Below, piece after piece: positions 39,199-51,303 of a DNA stretch of 64,000 nucleotides. Each line of letters begins with the position of its first letter. Within the stretch, counting starts at the first letter, position 1. The notes under the pieces are model-generated. The model searched no databases and was not told the DNA's origin. It was given only the letters and a program-made list of their open reading frames with translations. The stretch is taken from contig MCFE01000109.1 of NCBI GenBank assembly GCA_002104905.1, positions 1 to 64,000 on the forward strand, given 5' to 3'. The position numbers and the translations under genes are program-made. Source of the DNA: Basidiobolus meristosporus CBS 931.73. Lineage: Eukaryota > Fungi > Basidiobolomycota.

Positions 39199-40868
39199 AT
39201 GATTGAACAACCGCCCCTTTCCATTTCAGTTCCGACCCAATCTCTTGATGCCCTTCTAGCCCTTCCAGTGGAAAGCGCAGAAAGCTCTACCACCGAATCA
39301 ACTACCACTTCACCCACCACCAAAAATGCGCGAGCCACTCTAAGCAGATTTACCAGGACAGAGGTGCAACGTCTACTTCGTGAGGCCTACAGCATCATCA
39401 CTGAGAAAGACAAAGGTATACACACGTTTACTGCATATATCATGCAAGTAATGCTTCTGGAACACAGCTAAACCTCTCGCCTCCCGTATGCTTAGAAATC
39501 ACCTTTGCTGCAAAACTTCGCAATAGAGTACTCGAGGAAAACGAATTGCTCAAGACCAAGTATGAAGAGATCATAACCTACCTGAGTGAACACGGATTCT
39601 TTGTAACCGAGTCGTATGACTCTGATCGTCTGGAGATTGTTGACCAGACCCCATTGCCAAACACCCCTGTGACCACTATACATCCCGTACGGCCATTATC
39701 TCGCCGCCCGAGTATGCGATTTGACGAGGAGAACGTAGCCGAGCTGGAAATGGCGAATGCAGAATTGCAAAGCCGTCTCGACGCTGCCGTTCAGGAAAAT
39801 GCACAGCGCCGAAAGCAGAACGAGCGTCAAATCCGAAATCTGGAGGCAGACATACGCGGTCTTCGTACAGAGCTTGATATGGCAAATCAAACGGTCACTC
39901 AATTGAGGGACAGGAATTATCAGCTGCAGCAAAGAAAGAGAGTTGAACACCATATTCACCAACATGATGCCAATGATGAGCAGTTCATTGACCAGCTGAT
40001 TCAAAAAGTCAGTCAGCTCGAAGAACTGAAAGCCTCATTGGAGGCTCAAAAGTTGGATCTAGAGAAACGTTTAAGCGGCGTTCTGAATGGGCTGGAAGAG
40101 GCTCGACTTCGAATCGAAGAGCTTGAAGAAACCCACAATGAATACAATGAACTCCAGGTTGCGTTTGAACGACAATCTATGCACGTCGCCGAACTGTCCC
40201 AGTCGGTGGAAGAGCAGCGGTCCTGGATACAGGGTATATTCAGTCAGCACTCACCACGCTCCGTGCCAGGCACATATAACTTTCAAGCAAGCCTCACCTC
40301 CCCGAAAATGGACCTTACTTCCGCACTCTTTGGCACTTCTTACAGTTCTACCAACTCTCCTTCTGGGACCTCGCAAATCTCAATACGCAAACGCCGCACT
40401 CTATTGAGTGAATTGGAGTCCGAATGGTATCGTAATGTGACTGGACGTACACCCGCTGGCAGTGTCAAGTCACCAAATTCTGTGAGTGGAGTGATCTCCT
40501 CTACACCTAGGGGGATGAATATTTTCTCTGTGACGAACAGCAATTTCAACTCGCCAGTTAGCCTTCACTCTATCACCTCTCCCAACAGCTCTAATATCAG
40601 CACAAGCTACCTTCGTGATATGTTCAAATACGAAGAAAAGAGCAAGGACCAATACAACGCTTCCTCCGACGTAGTCTATGATTCTGAAGTTGACGATGAA
40701 CATATCTATGATGAAGAGACAGAAGAGTCGGTTGGATGGTTTAGGTGGGTGTTCAATTCAGTCAAAGGGTCAGTGATATACATGTGGAGGTGGTGCCGGT
40801 TCCTATTTCTTCTGTTCACTGCTGTAGCGATTGCCTTATGCCGTGGTCCTAACGGCGACATGTTTTAA
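39199..40868 (+). CDS. Long coiled-coil protein with C-terminal membrane anchor; intron 39416-39495
   Basis: Spliced N-terminus EKDK|EITFAAKLRNRVLEEN, about 200-aa heptad region, Ser-rich linker, C-terminal WCRFLFLLFTAVAIALCRGP. Confidence 0.8.
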
Positions 40869-41133
40869 CTGCCGGATCAACGCTAGATACCCTACCCTGC
40901 CCCTCGTTCACTATTCTCATATCCACGTTTGTATAGGCTTAACATAATCAATACATGGGAAATGTTTGTCCTAATCCTCATGCCATACACGGTCATCAGA
41001 CATCCACATTTGGCAAATATCAATAAATCTAGATCCTAATTTAGCCATCATCATTTAACGATTGATGAATGCGTATTCCTTATTAGGATGGTAAGTTGCC
41101 TGGGGTCGATTTATTCTATATTATGCTCTAAGA

Positions 41134-42444
41134 TTACATAGGGTGGCGAAAGTGTTCACCGGCATAGATAGCCTTGTCACCGAGTTCTTCCTCGATACGA
41201 AGGATCTGATTGTATTTGGAGAGACGCTCAGAACGGCATGGGGCACCGGTTTTGATTTGGCCTGTGCGGAGTCCCACAACAAGATCGGCAATGAAGGTAT
41301 CCTCGGTTTCACCTGAGCGATGAGAAACCATGACACCCCAGCCGTCTTGACGAGCAAGATTGGCGGCACGAATGGACTCGGTGACGGTTCCGATTTGGTT
41401 GACCTTGAGAAGGAGCCCGTTGGAGGCCTTCTTTTCAATGGCTGTTTGGATACGTTCAGGGTTCGTTACAGTCAAATCATCAGCGACGATCTGGGTGTTG
41501 TGGCCGATCTTCTCGGTAATAGCAGTCCAGGCGCTCCAGTCGTCCTGATCGAAAGGATCTTCAATAGACACGACCCCGTATTCCTCAGCAAACTCCCGGT
41601 ATAACTCGGCCAACTTATCCCCGGTCAACCATGTGCTCTGGTCGGAGTTGGGATTCTTGAAATCCAGGTCATATTTACCGTCCTTGTAAAATTCAGAGGC
41701 GGCGACATCCATACCGATCTTCACCTTGCCGGTGTACCCGGCCTTCGCGATGGCAGTCTTCAAGAGCTCCAGACCCTCCTTGTTGTCCTGAATATTCGGA
41801 GCAAAACCGCCTTCATCACCTACATTGGTGGCGTCCTGACCATACTTGGACTTGATGACGGATTTGAGTGCGTGATACACCTCAGAGCCCATCTTCATGG
41901 CCTCCGTGAAGGACTTGGCTCCCGTGGGGAGGATCATAAACTCTTGCATGGCAAGCTTATTGCCAGCATGGGATCCTCCATTCAAAACGTTGAATGAGGG
42001 AACAGGAAGGATGTAGGGTTGCTTGGAGCCGGCAAGCTCAGCGATATGTTGGTACAGAGGGACACCCTTCTGGGCAGCACCTGCGTAGGCTGCAGCAAGA
42101 GAGACACCAAGGATGGCGTTGGCCCCGAGCTTGGACTTGTTCTTAGTGCCGTCAAGCTTGAGCATAAACTCGTCGATGGCCTCTTGGTCAGTGACCTGGA
42201 TGTTAGCTTTGATGAGGGCGGGGGCGATCACGTTTTTGACATTGTCAACCGCCTGAAAGACAGATTTTCCAAGGTAGTTGGCCTTTTCGTTGTCGCGAAG
42301 CTCCAAAGCCTCATGGATACCGGTGGAAGCACCCGAAGGAACGGCGGCACGGAAAACTCCCTTCTCGGTGGTTAGCTCGACTTCGACCGTGGGGTTGCCA
42401 CGGGAGTCGAAGATTTGGCGAGCGTGAATCTTAGTGATAGCCAT
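41134..42444 (-). CDS. ENO1: Enolase (intronless)
   Basis: [55 protein letters not shown]. Confidence 0.99.
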   Translation of the reverse strand: MAITKIHARQIFDSRGNPTVEVELTTEKGVFRAAVPSGASTGIHEALELRDNEKANYLGKSVFQAVDNVKNVIAPALIKANIQVTDQEAIDEFMLKLDGTKNKSKLGANAILGVSLAAAYAGAAQKGVPLYQHIAELAGSKQPYILPVPSFNVLNGGSHAGNKLAMQEFMILPTGAKSFTEAMKMGSEVYHALKSVIKSKYGQDATNVGDEGGFAPNIQDNKEGLELLKTAIAKAGYTGKVKIGMDVAASEFYKDGKYDLDFKNPNSDQSTWLTGDKLAELYREFAEEYGVVSIEDPFDQDDWSAWTAITEKIGHNTQIVADDLTVTNPERIQTAIEKKASNGLLLKVNQIGTVTESIRAANLARQDGWGVMVSHRSGETEDTFIADLVVGLRTGQIKTGAPCRSERLSKYNQILRIEEELGDKAIYAGEHFRHPM

Positions 42445-42745
42445 ATTGAATGTTGATGAGAGTCAAGACAGCAGCAGGCAGGGATTTATACTTTCGAATA
42501 TCGACTGAATTAGTCTGCTTTCCTATTTTGACCACGCTAATAATGACAGCCCGAATCGGCCAGATTCTAGGTACAAGCCTGATTAGATCTGATTACAGGC
42601 CTGGACCACTTCCAACTTTACTCGATCGACGATTCGACATATCTGCTTTGTGATTGAATGCATCCTTTTAAATCCGAGAAGTGATTGAAATGAGCATATG
42701 TTAAATTTGGCAAGTGCCTCTCCTTAATTATTTTTCCAGTTTCTT

Positions 42746-42750
<5 letters not shown>

Positions 42751-42782
<32 letters not shown>
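42751..42782. repeat. (AC)16 microsatellite
   Basis: Direct reading. Confidence 0.98.
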
Positions 42783-42785
<3 letters not shown>

Positions 42786-42868
42786 GCAACGGAAGATTGA
42801 AAGTAAGTGGATTTTAACAAATTTCACATTTATTGGGTTAAAATAGACAGGGCGAGAGAAATGTACAT

Positions 42869-43969
<1,101 letters not shown>

Positions 43970-44973
43970 TCAGAATTGCCTCGTCACCCACATAGGAACT
44001 ACTCAATGTTATTACGTACAAATTTCTAGAAGATCGAATTGATAAATGTGCGGTATTCCGATAGTCGAGAACTTTTTGCCTTAATTGGTTCTCAGCCCAG
44101 CCATTCGTACCGATCGACACGTTGCCCATGAATCCAATTCGGATCATTTCCTCGGTTACAAGATCGAATCAAGTTTGCTGTGTATTCTGGATGAGAGATC
44201 TTCCCAGATAACTGGTATGTTGTGTCCATGATGGTGCTTTCGTTTCAGTGAGTGTTGGGTAACGCGGTCCATGAGGCCTGCTGATTGGTGGAATAACCCC
44301 ATATCGTTTCTCCCTAAGCGAGGTTTAAATTCCTGGTTAAATTAGGCATATTAGGCCCTGAACCCTAACCCTAGACTACTCAAAATCACTAACTTTATGC
44401 TAACTTTTGGGCATAAACATCAGGTTTATGCGGATGATTGAAAATACCGGTTTTATTTGTTGCTCAGCCAGAATCATCTAATTATCACCCGAAGTACAGT
44501 AGGACCTTGAGTCGGACCCCAGTTCATGCCATCATTCTTCCGTCAGAATTAAGTCAATATTGCATGGGCCATGGTCGCGATTCCTAAAAAATACTGTCAA
44601 TGAAATTGAATGGCTCAGTTGCGCGACCCTCGACAGCCCAGGAGAACCAATGGAAGAAGATGAAGTGAAATTAATGCAAGTTGGGTACGTTTCAAGAGCA
44701 GCATCCACAATAAATTAAGCTTGTCCATTTAAATGACAGTCACTTGGAAAAGTCACTCAATTTGCCAACTGCTGAAACTGATTGGAACGTTTACTCGGCG
44801 CAAATGATGGATCCTAGGAGGCTGTCAATGGTTCATTAGATGCTTCCCCTCGCCTACACGTTTTCTCAAGTCAGCCCTACGATTGATCATTTCTATTGTG
44901 GAAACACCTCACATCCTTTCATCCCCTCCACTCTGACGCTTAGCCTTCTTGATACCCACGAAACTTTACCACC

Positions 44974-47127
44974 ATGATGAGGCAGATAAGAAACTTCTTC
45001 AAGTCCACCGTCGCTGGTATTTCCTTGACCGCACTTGCATGCCATACCTCCGGAGAGGAAATTCATGTTTTGTATAGGACACGAGCCAATGAATTCACAC
45101 TTCTCCTCAAAAAGGGATCGTGCTGCCCAGAGAACCACGGAGAGGGAATTCCCGGACACATATAATGGCAAGGTCGCTGTTTCTTCCGAGTCCGGCGATA
45201 CCGAATTCGCTGTTGAACCCAACATTTCAATGTACCCTGAATTGGAGAGATACCAACTACTGGAAAAGCTGGGAGAGTAAGTGGGTTTTGCAAGGTTACC
45301 TATTCCCCCGTCGCCTCGCTATGAAACTAACTCCCCCAAAGTGGGGCTTTCAGCGATGTTTACAAAGCATTTGACAGGGTGTGTCAAAGGTTCGCGGCCG
45401 TAAAGGTGGTGCGAAAATTCCAACTCAACGCGGTCCAGGTAAGCGCAGCCTTTTACCACATGGCGTCCTGGACACTTATCGATCGGTTGGTGGGCTTAGA
45501 GAGGAAATATCCTGAAGGAGGTGACGATCATGCGCAACATCAACCACTGCAATGTAGCCAGGCTTTTGGACTTCAAAGAGACCAAGGATTTCTACTTTCT
45601 CGTCCTCGAGCTCCTGGAGGGGGGAGAGCTCTTCCACAGAATCGTCAAGCTCACGTATTTCTCTGAGGACCTTGCCCGACATGTAATCACTCAAGTGGCC
45701 AGAGGAATCCAGTATCTGCACGATGAGAAGGGGGTCATCCACAGGTAGACCAAGTCCGCGGCAATGGCCTATCTTACAGATGCTCATCATCCAAACCCTG
45801 ATATAGAGACATCAAACCAGAAAATCTACTATTTCAAGCGATACCCTATAGGTATAGAGATACCATGTCCGATGAACCCATCGAGTTGGATGAGGAGAAG
45901 CTGGACGAAGGCGATTTCGTTGACGGAATCGGAGGTGGTGGTATCGGCGTGGTGAAGATTGCCGACTTCGGGCTATCCAAGGTGGTATGGAATAGCGACA
46001 CAATGACTCCCTGCGGAACTGATATCCTTTTACATCTTTCCCGAGATACCTTTACCCCACCACTCGATCATGTCGATCCTTAACCTGGCAACACTAGGCT
46101 ATACAGCTCCTGAGGTAGTCCGAGACGAACGCTACAGCAAATCTGTGGACATGTGGGCATTAGGATGCGTGCTCTACACACTGTAAGTAGATCAAGGACC
46201 GGCCAGGCGTTTCGTTCGACTGACCGAGTTTATTAGATTGTGTGGATTTCCTCCTTTCTACGACGAGGAGATTCACGCGCTCACCGAGAAAGTGGCCATC
46301 GGTCATTTTTCCTTCCTGTCCCCGTGGTGGGATGATATCTCCGAGAGCGGTCAGTATTTCTCTATCGCCCCCAGAGAGCCTTCCCTTTCTAAACGGCCTC
46401 CTTTTTCACGGGTCTAGCCAAGGATTTGGTTTCCCAACTGTTGACCGTGGACCCTTCGGTTCGTTACACGATCGCCGACTTCTTCAGCCATCCATGGATT
46501 AAGGGAGAGGTAGGGTGTCATGTTAACCCCTCCCCCCTGTATGTGAAACATCTCTTGCTCATACTGCTTCTAATTCATCAGAAGACCGAGGATTCTGGCG
46601 TCGGTGGTGCCCATGACACAGTGCCGCCTGATTCGGATGAAGAACGTTCCATCGATGCAAATCACCAAACCAATATCCCGCGGAAAACTCGCCACCTTAT
46701 GCCTCTACCCGTCACCCCCAGTATCTCCATCAAGGAGGCTATCGACGTGTCCTATGCGGTTCATCGAATGGAGGATGAGGAGGCAGCAAAATACCGATTC
46801 CGGAATGCGGTGCAGGGACATCATGCGACTGGGATCATTTCCAACCCAGCCCACCATAGAGGATTCTTGGAGGTGCTGCAGAACAGTCCCAACAGCGAGG
46901 ACATAAATACCATCAATGCTGCCTTCCAAAATGCTGGGTTACCGGGCCGATACAAGCCACAGCGAAGGAGTCAATTGACCCCCGGGGCCTCCACAAGCTT
47001 GGCACCCGAAACAGCCGCTACCAAGCGCGACTTCGCAACTAGTAGGGCAGAGTCAGGTAGTGGATTTGAGTTGAGCTTGGACCAAGCAACATTGCTGAGC
47101 AGGAGGAAAGCGAAGCTGGATTGCTAA
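44974..47127 (+). CDS. srk1: CAMK-group MAPK-activated kinase (Srk1/Rck2 family), multi-exon
   Basis: [13 protein letters not shown]-like [16 protein letters not shown], family insert [38 protein letters not shown] (after U12 splicing), [21 protein letters not shown]. Confidence 0.92.
46022..46094 (+). other. U12-type AT-AC intron in the kinase activation segment
   Basis: 5'SS ATATCCTTT, branch TCCTTAAC at 46077-46084, AC 3'SS; removal gives the exact TPCGTVGYTAPE. Confidence 0.93.
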
Positions 47128-47477
47128 TTGTCGAGAAGCGGAGCGTCGCACACAGAATCGCGATCTCCTCAATCGCCTGCCCCTAATGCTCCCCAATGTT
47201 CTCATGAAATGTATTCTAGCCGTTGACATTCCTCCCCTCCCATTGTAAAATAACTCAGCCCTGTTAAGCCCGCGAGATAGGCGAAATGGATCGTTGGTAT
47301 AGAGTGTCGGTTGGTGTTACTCATGGTTACTTATACCGATTTTGGATTGTGTTGGATAAACAAGTATTTGATGTTTGAAGTATGATTATATTTTGGATAA
47401 AATACATGATTGAATTAGGCGGGGTACACATCCCATTAGAATATCCTATTTGTATAAATCCGGTTGGAAGCGAGCGA

Positions 47478-48704
47478 CTAGGCGAGGCTGGTGCCACTGA
47501 TCCCCTCTTCCTTTCTTTTCTGTTGTGCCAAGTGAATGTGATTTAGTACATGCCGACCAGACATATTCCCTCAGGCGAACTTACTCTGTCCAACTCGGCT
47601 TTCGTCTGCTCCTCGATGTTGCGAATATCTTCGATGGTCAGGCCATACCATTGATCCATCAGGCAGAAGAGCTGCTTATGGAACTTCAGAAGGAGGTTCT
47701 TCATGATCTAAAGCCGTATTCGGTGAATTCGTGAGGGGACGTGGATCGATTCGGTTGACACTTACTCCATGAATAAAGGATTCCACTCGGCCTTGCAGGC
47801 CGAACCATTGGAACTTGACCGTCACCAGCTTGTAAGCCGTCATGACCGGTTCACAGGTTTTCTGGGGGGGGATCGTTAGTCGTGGAACCCGTCGGTTATT
47901 CATTCTGTCCATCCTGCTTACCATCCAGTCGCCAGTGAGTGGGCCTCTCCCCGTCTTCTGCGATTTGAAGAGCGTGGGGTCTTGCTCGGCATTGTAGTCG
48001 TTTTTGTCGAGCTTATCTTTGGCCGCGTCCATGATCACGACCTCTCGCTTTTTCAATACCTCGGGAGGTGCGCGTACAGCCTGGTCGAAGTGAACCACTT
48101 CAGTATCTGCACATGAAAGGGGAGCAGTTATCTGATACTCACGTTCTCCAGGTTACCACGATCGTCTGCCACGTGCATGGTCTCGGTGACGAGCTCGAAG
48201 TTCTCTTTCATGTATCCGTTCTATTGACAAGAAGTGAAAGGTTAGCGGAGCACACGAGATTCGGCCGCGAAGTATACCCACTGTGACGACTACGGTTGAA
48301 GGGGAAGGTTAGTCTTTTTGCTAGGCAACCAAGCTGACCCCGATGGGATAGGTACCTGTTTTGCAGTACGGATAAGCGTTCCATGCCTTCTCCTCGAGGA
48401 TCAAGGCTCCGGCTGGTGCAAGTGCACGGACCCACCCGGGGACCTTACTTGAATGTCGGGTTAGTCTCAGACCCACCAAGAGCTTCTGGGATACGGCACT
48501 TTACCTCGAGAGATGATAAATCTTGTGCGTGTACTGGCCTTTGTTCCCCGCCTCGTCAACGTAGGGTTCATTTTTCAACACCTCCACCCCTTCACCACCG
48601 CCCGTTTCGGCCTTGGAAGCCTCGGCGACTGAGTACAGCTGCGCGATTTTGTACTCCTCTAGGGTGCAGTTGGTGGTGAATCTGTATTCTTTTATTAAAG
48701 TCAT
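47478..48704 (-). CDS. START-like phosphatidylinositol transfer protein (PITPalpha/beta type), multi-exon with 8-nt microexon 48282-48289
   Basis: IKEYR...[98 protein letters not shown]. Confidence 0.93.
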
Positions 48705-49216
48705 CGGTGAAGGCAGGGTGTTGAGGGAAGCTAGTTGGAAGGTCGGAAGCAAGCGTATGTATACCTTGTGTTCGCTACTCACCGAAACCTAAATATTGCC
48801 CGGTGAGCCTACATGCTCATTGGTTGTGCGTGACATAAGATTACCATTGATTACATCGGAATTTTGCTCAGGGATTATGGATGAAATCATTCGTCCATCC
48901 CGGAGAATCCCCTTCCGTGGAGTAGATTGAATGGCTTGCTGAACTCGCCAATGCCATTGATTAAATGACCCCGTCCAGCGGGGGGTCTCCCCTGAACAAA
49001 GGTGGGGCTAGCGTCCGGTAGCCTGTCGGCCTTCATATCAACGCCAAACATTGCCCTTCTGATGGAATGATCACAATCAACGATTTTTCATTAATGCCGA
49101 GTTTGGTAATATCATCCTCGATGCCAAGGCTAACAGTAAGCTGTGCCAAACGTTCCCAGAGGGAAAATGGAGTTTATTAATGTACATTGGAGTGGGTTTA
49201 CATTGGTGTGGCGCCA

Positions 49217-49438
49217 TCAGTCCTTGCCGGATTTCTTGAGCTCCTTCTCGAAGTCCTTCTCCAGCTTGCCCACCACCCCTTTCTGGTCGTTCCGGTCGGT
49301 AAATACCCGCTGGTCGGTGTTCTGCCACGCCTCTCCTCGTTCGCTCCTCTCCAATTCCGCCTGGCTGTCGTCGTGCTTGGGTCTTCCGTGAGAGACGACC
49401 GAGCTGTTGGGTTCCTGTCCGAGTTGTTGGGAGTTCAT
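49217..49438 (-). CDS. Small hydrophilic protein (73 aa), possible hydrophilin
   Basis: TATATA about 35 bp upstream of the ATG; charged, hydrophobe-poor ORF. Confidence 0.45.
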   Translation of the reverse strand: MNSQQLGQEPNSSVVSHGRPKHDDSQAELERSERGEAWQNTDQRVFTDRNDQKGVVGKLEKDFEKELKKSGKD

Positions 49439-49806
49439 GGTTGCTTGGGGTGTCCGGCGGATCTCCGGCCGTATATATACCCATGTGGGCAGGAGAATCG
49501 AACCCACTCATCCGTACTTACATCGACGTCGCCCTTGATTCCCACCTAGTCATCCGGTTTTCTTCCCGTGACGTATATCCCACTCTCATTGTCGGAGGTA
49601 TGAGTGATTCGAAGTCGGCCACCTGCCCAATGGATCCAACTTGCGTCATGTATATAGACGCGACACCGGTGGTGGTTGGGTGATGGTGACGACAACAGCG
49701 ATGATGTGTCCCTTGTGCCCTTGCTCCCTGCAGGATTGATGTCACAACTGCTTTTCCCGGACTTGTGTCAACTGGTGGATCTCCCCCTGATCGACCATAG
49801 TGTACG

Positions 49807-49852
49807 TCATCTACCGTTGCATCTCTGGTTCATCTACCGTTGCATCTCTGGT
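49807..49852. repeat. Perfect 23-bp tandem duplication
   Basis: TCATCTACCGTTGCATCTCTGGT twice. Confidence 0.92.
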
Positions 49853-50070
49853 TCATCCCACGATCCCTAACCTCCTCCAGTGGCAGATTTCCCTTCATCA
49901 GGGACGACCGGTTAATTGAGGACCACAGGTCAGTGAGCGGGCTAGGGTCGCTTCGCCTTGGCCCCCCATCCAATGAAAATCTGCCAGACCGGGATCCCCC
50001 AGCTCTCTTCGCTGGTATCCCTACTCGAGTCGCAAGTGGCTGGTTTGGCTCCACATTCGTTCCTGCTCAC

Positions 50071-50600
50071 TAAGATCATAGTCTACAAATCTTAGAGAGT
50101 TCTGCCCAAATTTCTTGTATTTTGCTGAGATATTCCAAGATCAGACATATCTCAAGTCAAATGTGTATCGTATCCACTAAATATCACTTAGTCACTAGAT
50201 CATACTACAAATCTTAGAGAAAACTGCCCATGTTCCTTGTTGGGATTTACCTGGAATATGCTCACCCAAGCATCAGGTACCCAGAACATGAAATATTGAT
50301 AAGTTGCCCAAACAGCCCCAGACTTTGCACACATGTTCTTGGGATCTTCCCAAACATACTCTACAGTTTTGTTTTGCCAACATCATATAAGAATATAAAT
50401 GCTACTTTCACATTCAACAAGTCATTAAGTGAATACTGTATAATACACTTGCTCTCCCAATCACTTCCAATATCTCTAGAACTCCTACAGCACAAAGTGC
50501 TCAGGCTTTGCACACATGCTCTTGGGACTATCCTAAGCACATTCCATGTGTTTGTTTTGCCAATACCATGTAGAAGTATAAATATCACTTGTACATTCAC
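50071..50600 (+). mobile_element. Copia-family solo LTR (about 50155-50492) plus flanking partial LTR copies, opposite orientation to the adjacent element
   Basis: Reverse complement of the LTR at 45-394 and 51304-51652 (CCCAGAACATGAAA, CAAACAGCCCCAGACTTTGCACACATG). Confidence 0.8.
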
Positions 50601-51303
50601 CCCCAGAAAAAAATGAATAAACGCCAGCAGAATACCAACCTAATATCCAGTGAATTCCAACATTCCCAACAGTGACAACTCCTAATATCTCAGGTACTAG
50701 TCTCATAGCAGTCAGGCAGACATTCTGTCAAGGGGGAGACTAGGTCAACTAGCATCCATACCAAATTTTGTAATCAGCTGCCCTTTATTTCTACCAAAAA
50801 TTGCAACCAAAAGGTTGTAGCAGAAATACCATCAGAATGGCTGCTGAATACCAGCTAAAGATCCAATCAAATCTAACTTCAAGAGTTTTCATTGGGTCAT
50901 TAAATTAATGAGCAGCAGTTGCTTAATCTATCCCTGTAAGAAAAAACTGGGATAATCCTATCAAAAGGCTATCAGAAAGTTTAAATCAGGTGACCAAGTG
51001 ATATTGGTGCCATCAGGACACCATATAAAAACTGTTGGGAAAAATTGCACCTCAGATTCCCCAAAAAACCTACTGAGTACTAAGCAAGACTGAGTAGAGA
51101 ATGGATGCAGTGGCAGCAGCAATCTACAGTTCAGCTTTATGCTTGTAGTATAGCTACCCAAATTCTGTCACAAATTCCTTGCATAAATGCTCTAGATGCA
51201 CCAAACTGGTACTAGTGATCTGCTTCTGGATAAAAACTCCTACAATGTCCACATATGATTTCCAATGCTTTCAGTGTACTCTGTGTAGTAATTGCTTCAG
51301 AAG

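Noticed and set aside
44356-44373. CCCTGAACCCTAACCCTAG telomere-like repeat
   Set aside because: Only three imperfect units; too short to call an interstitial telomere.
45017-45077. Kinase intron 1 donor GTATTTCCTT as a third U12 intron
   Set aside because: Does not match GTATCCTT and lacks a CCTTAAC branch; treated as U2-type.
49518-50054. Possible gene upstream of the small hydrophilic ORF
   Set aside because: Stops in all frames around the 23-bp duplication; no recognisable motif or splice solution.
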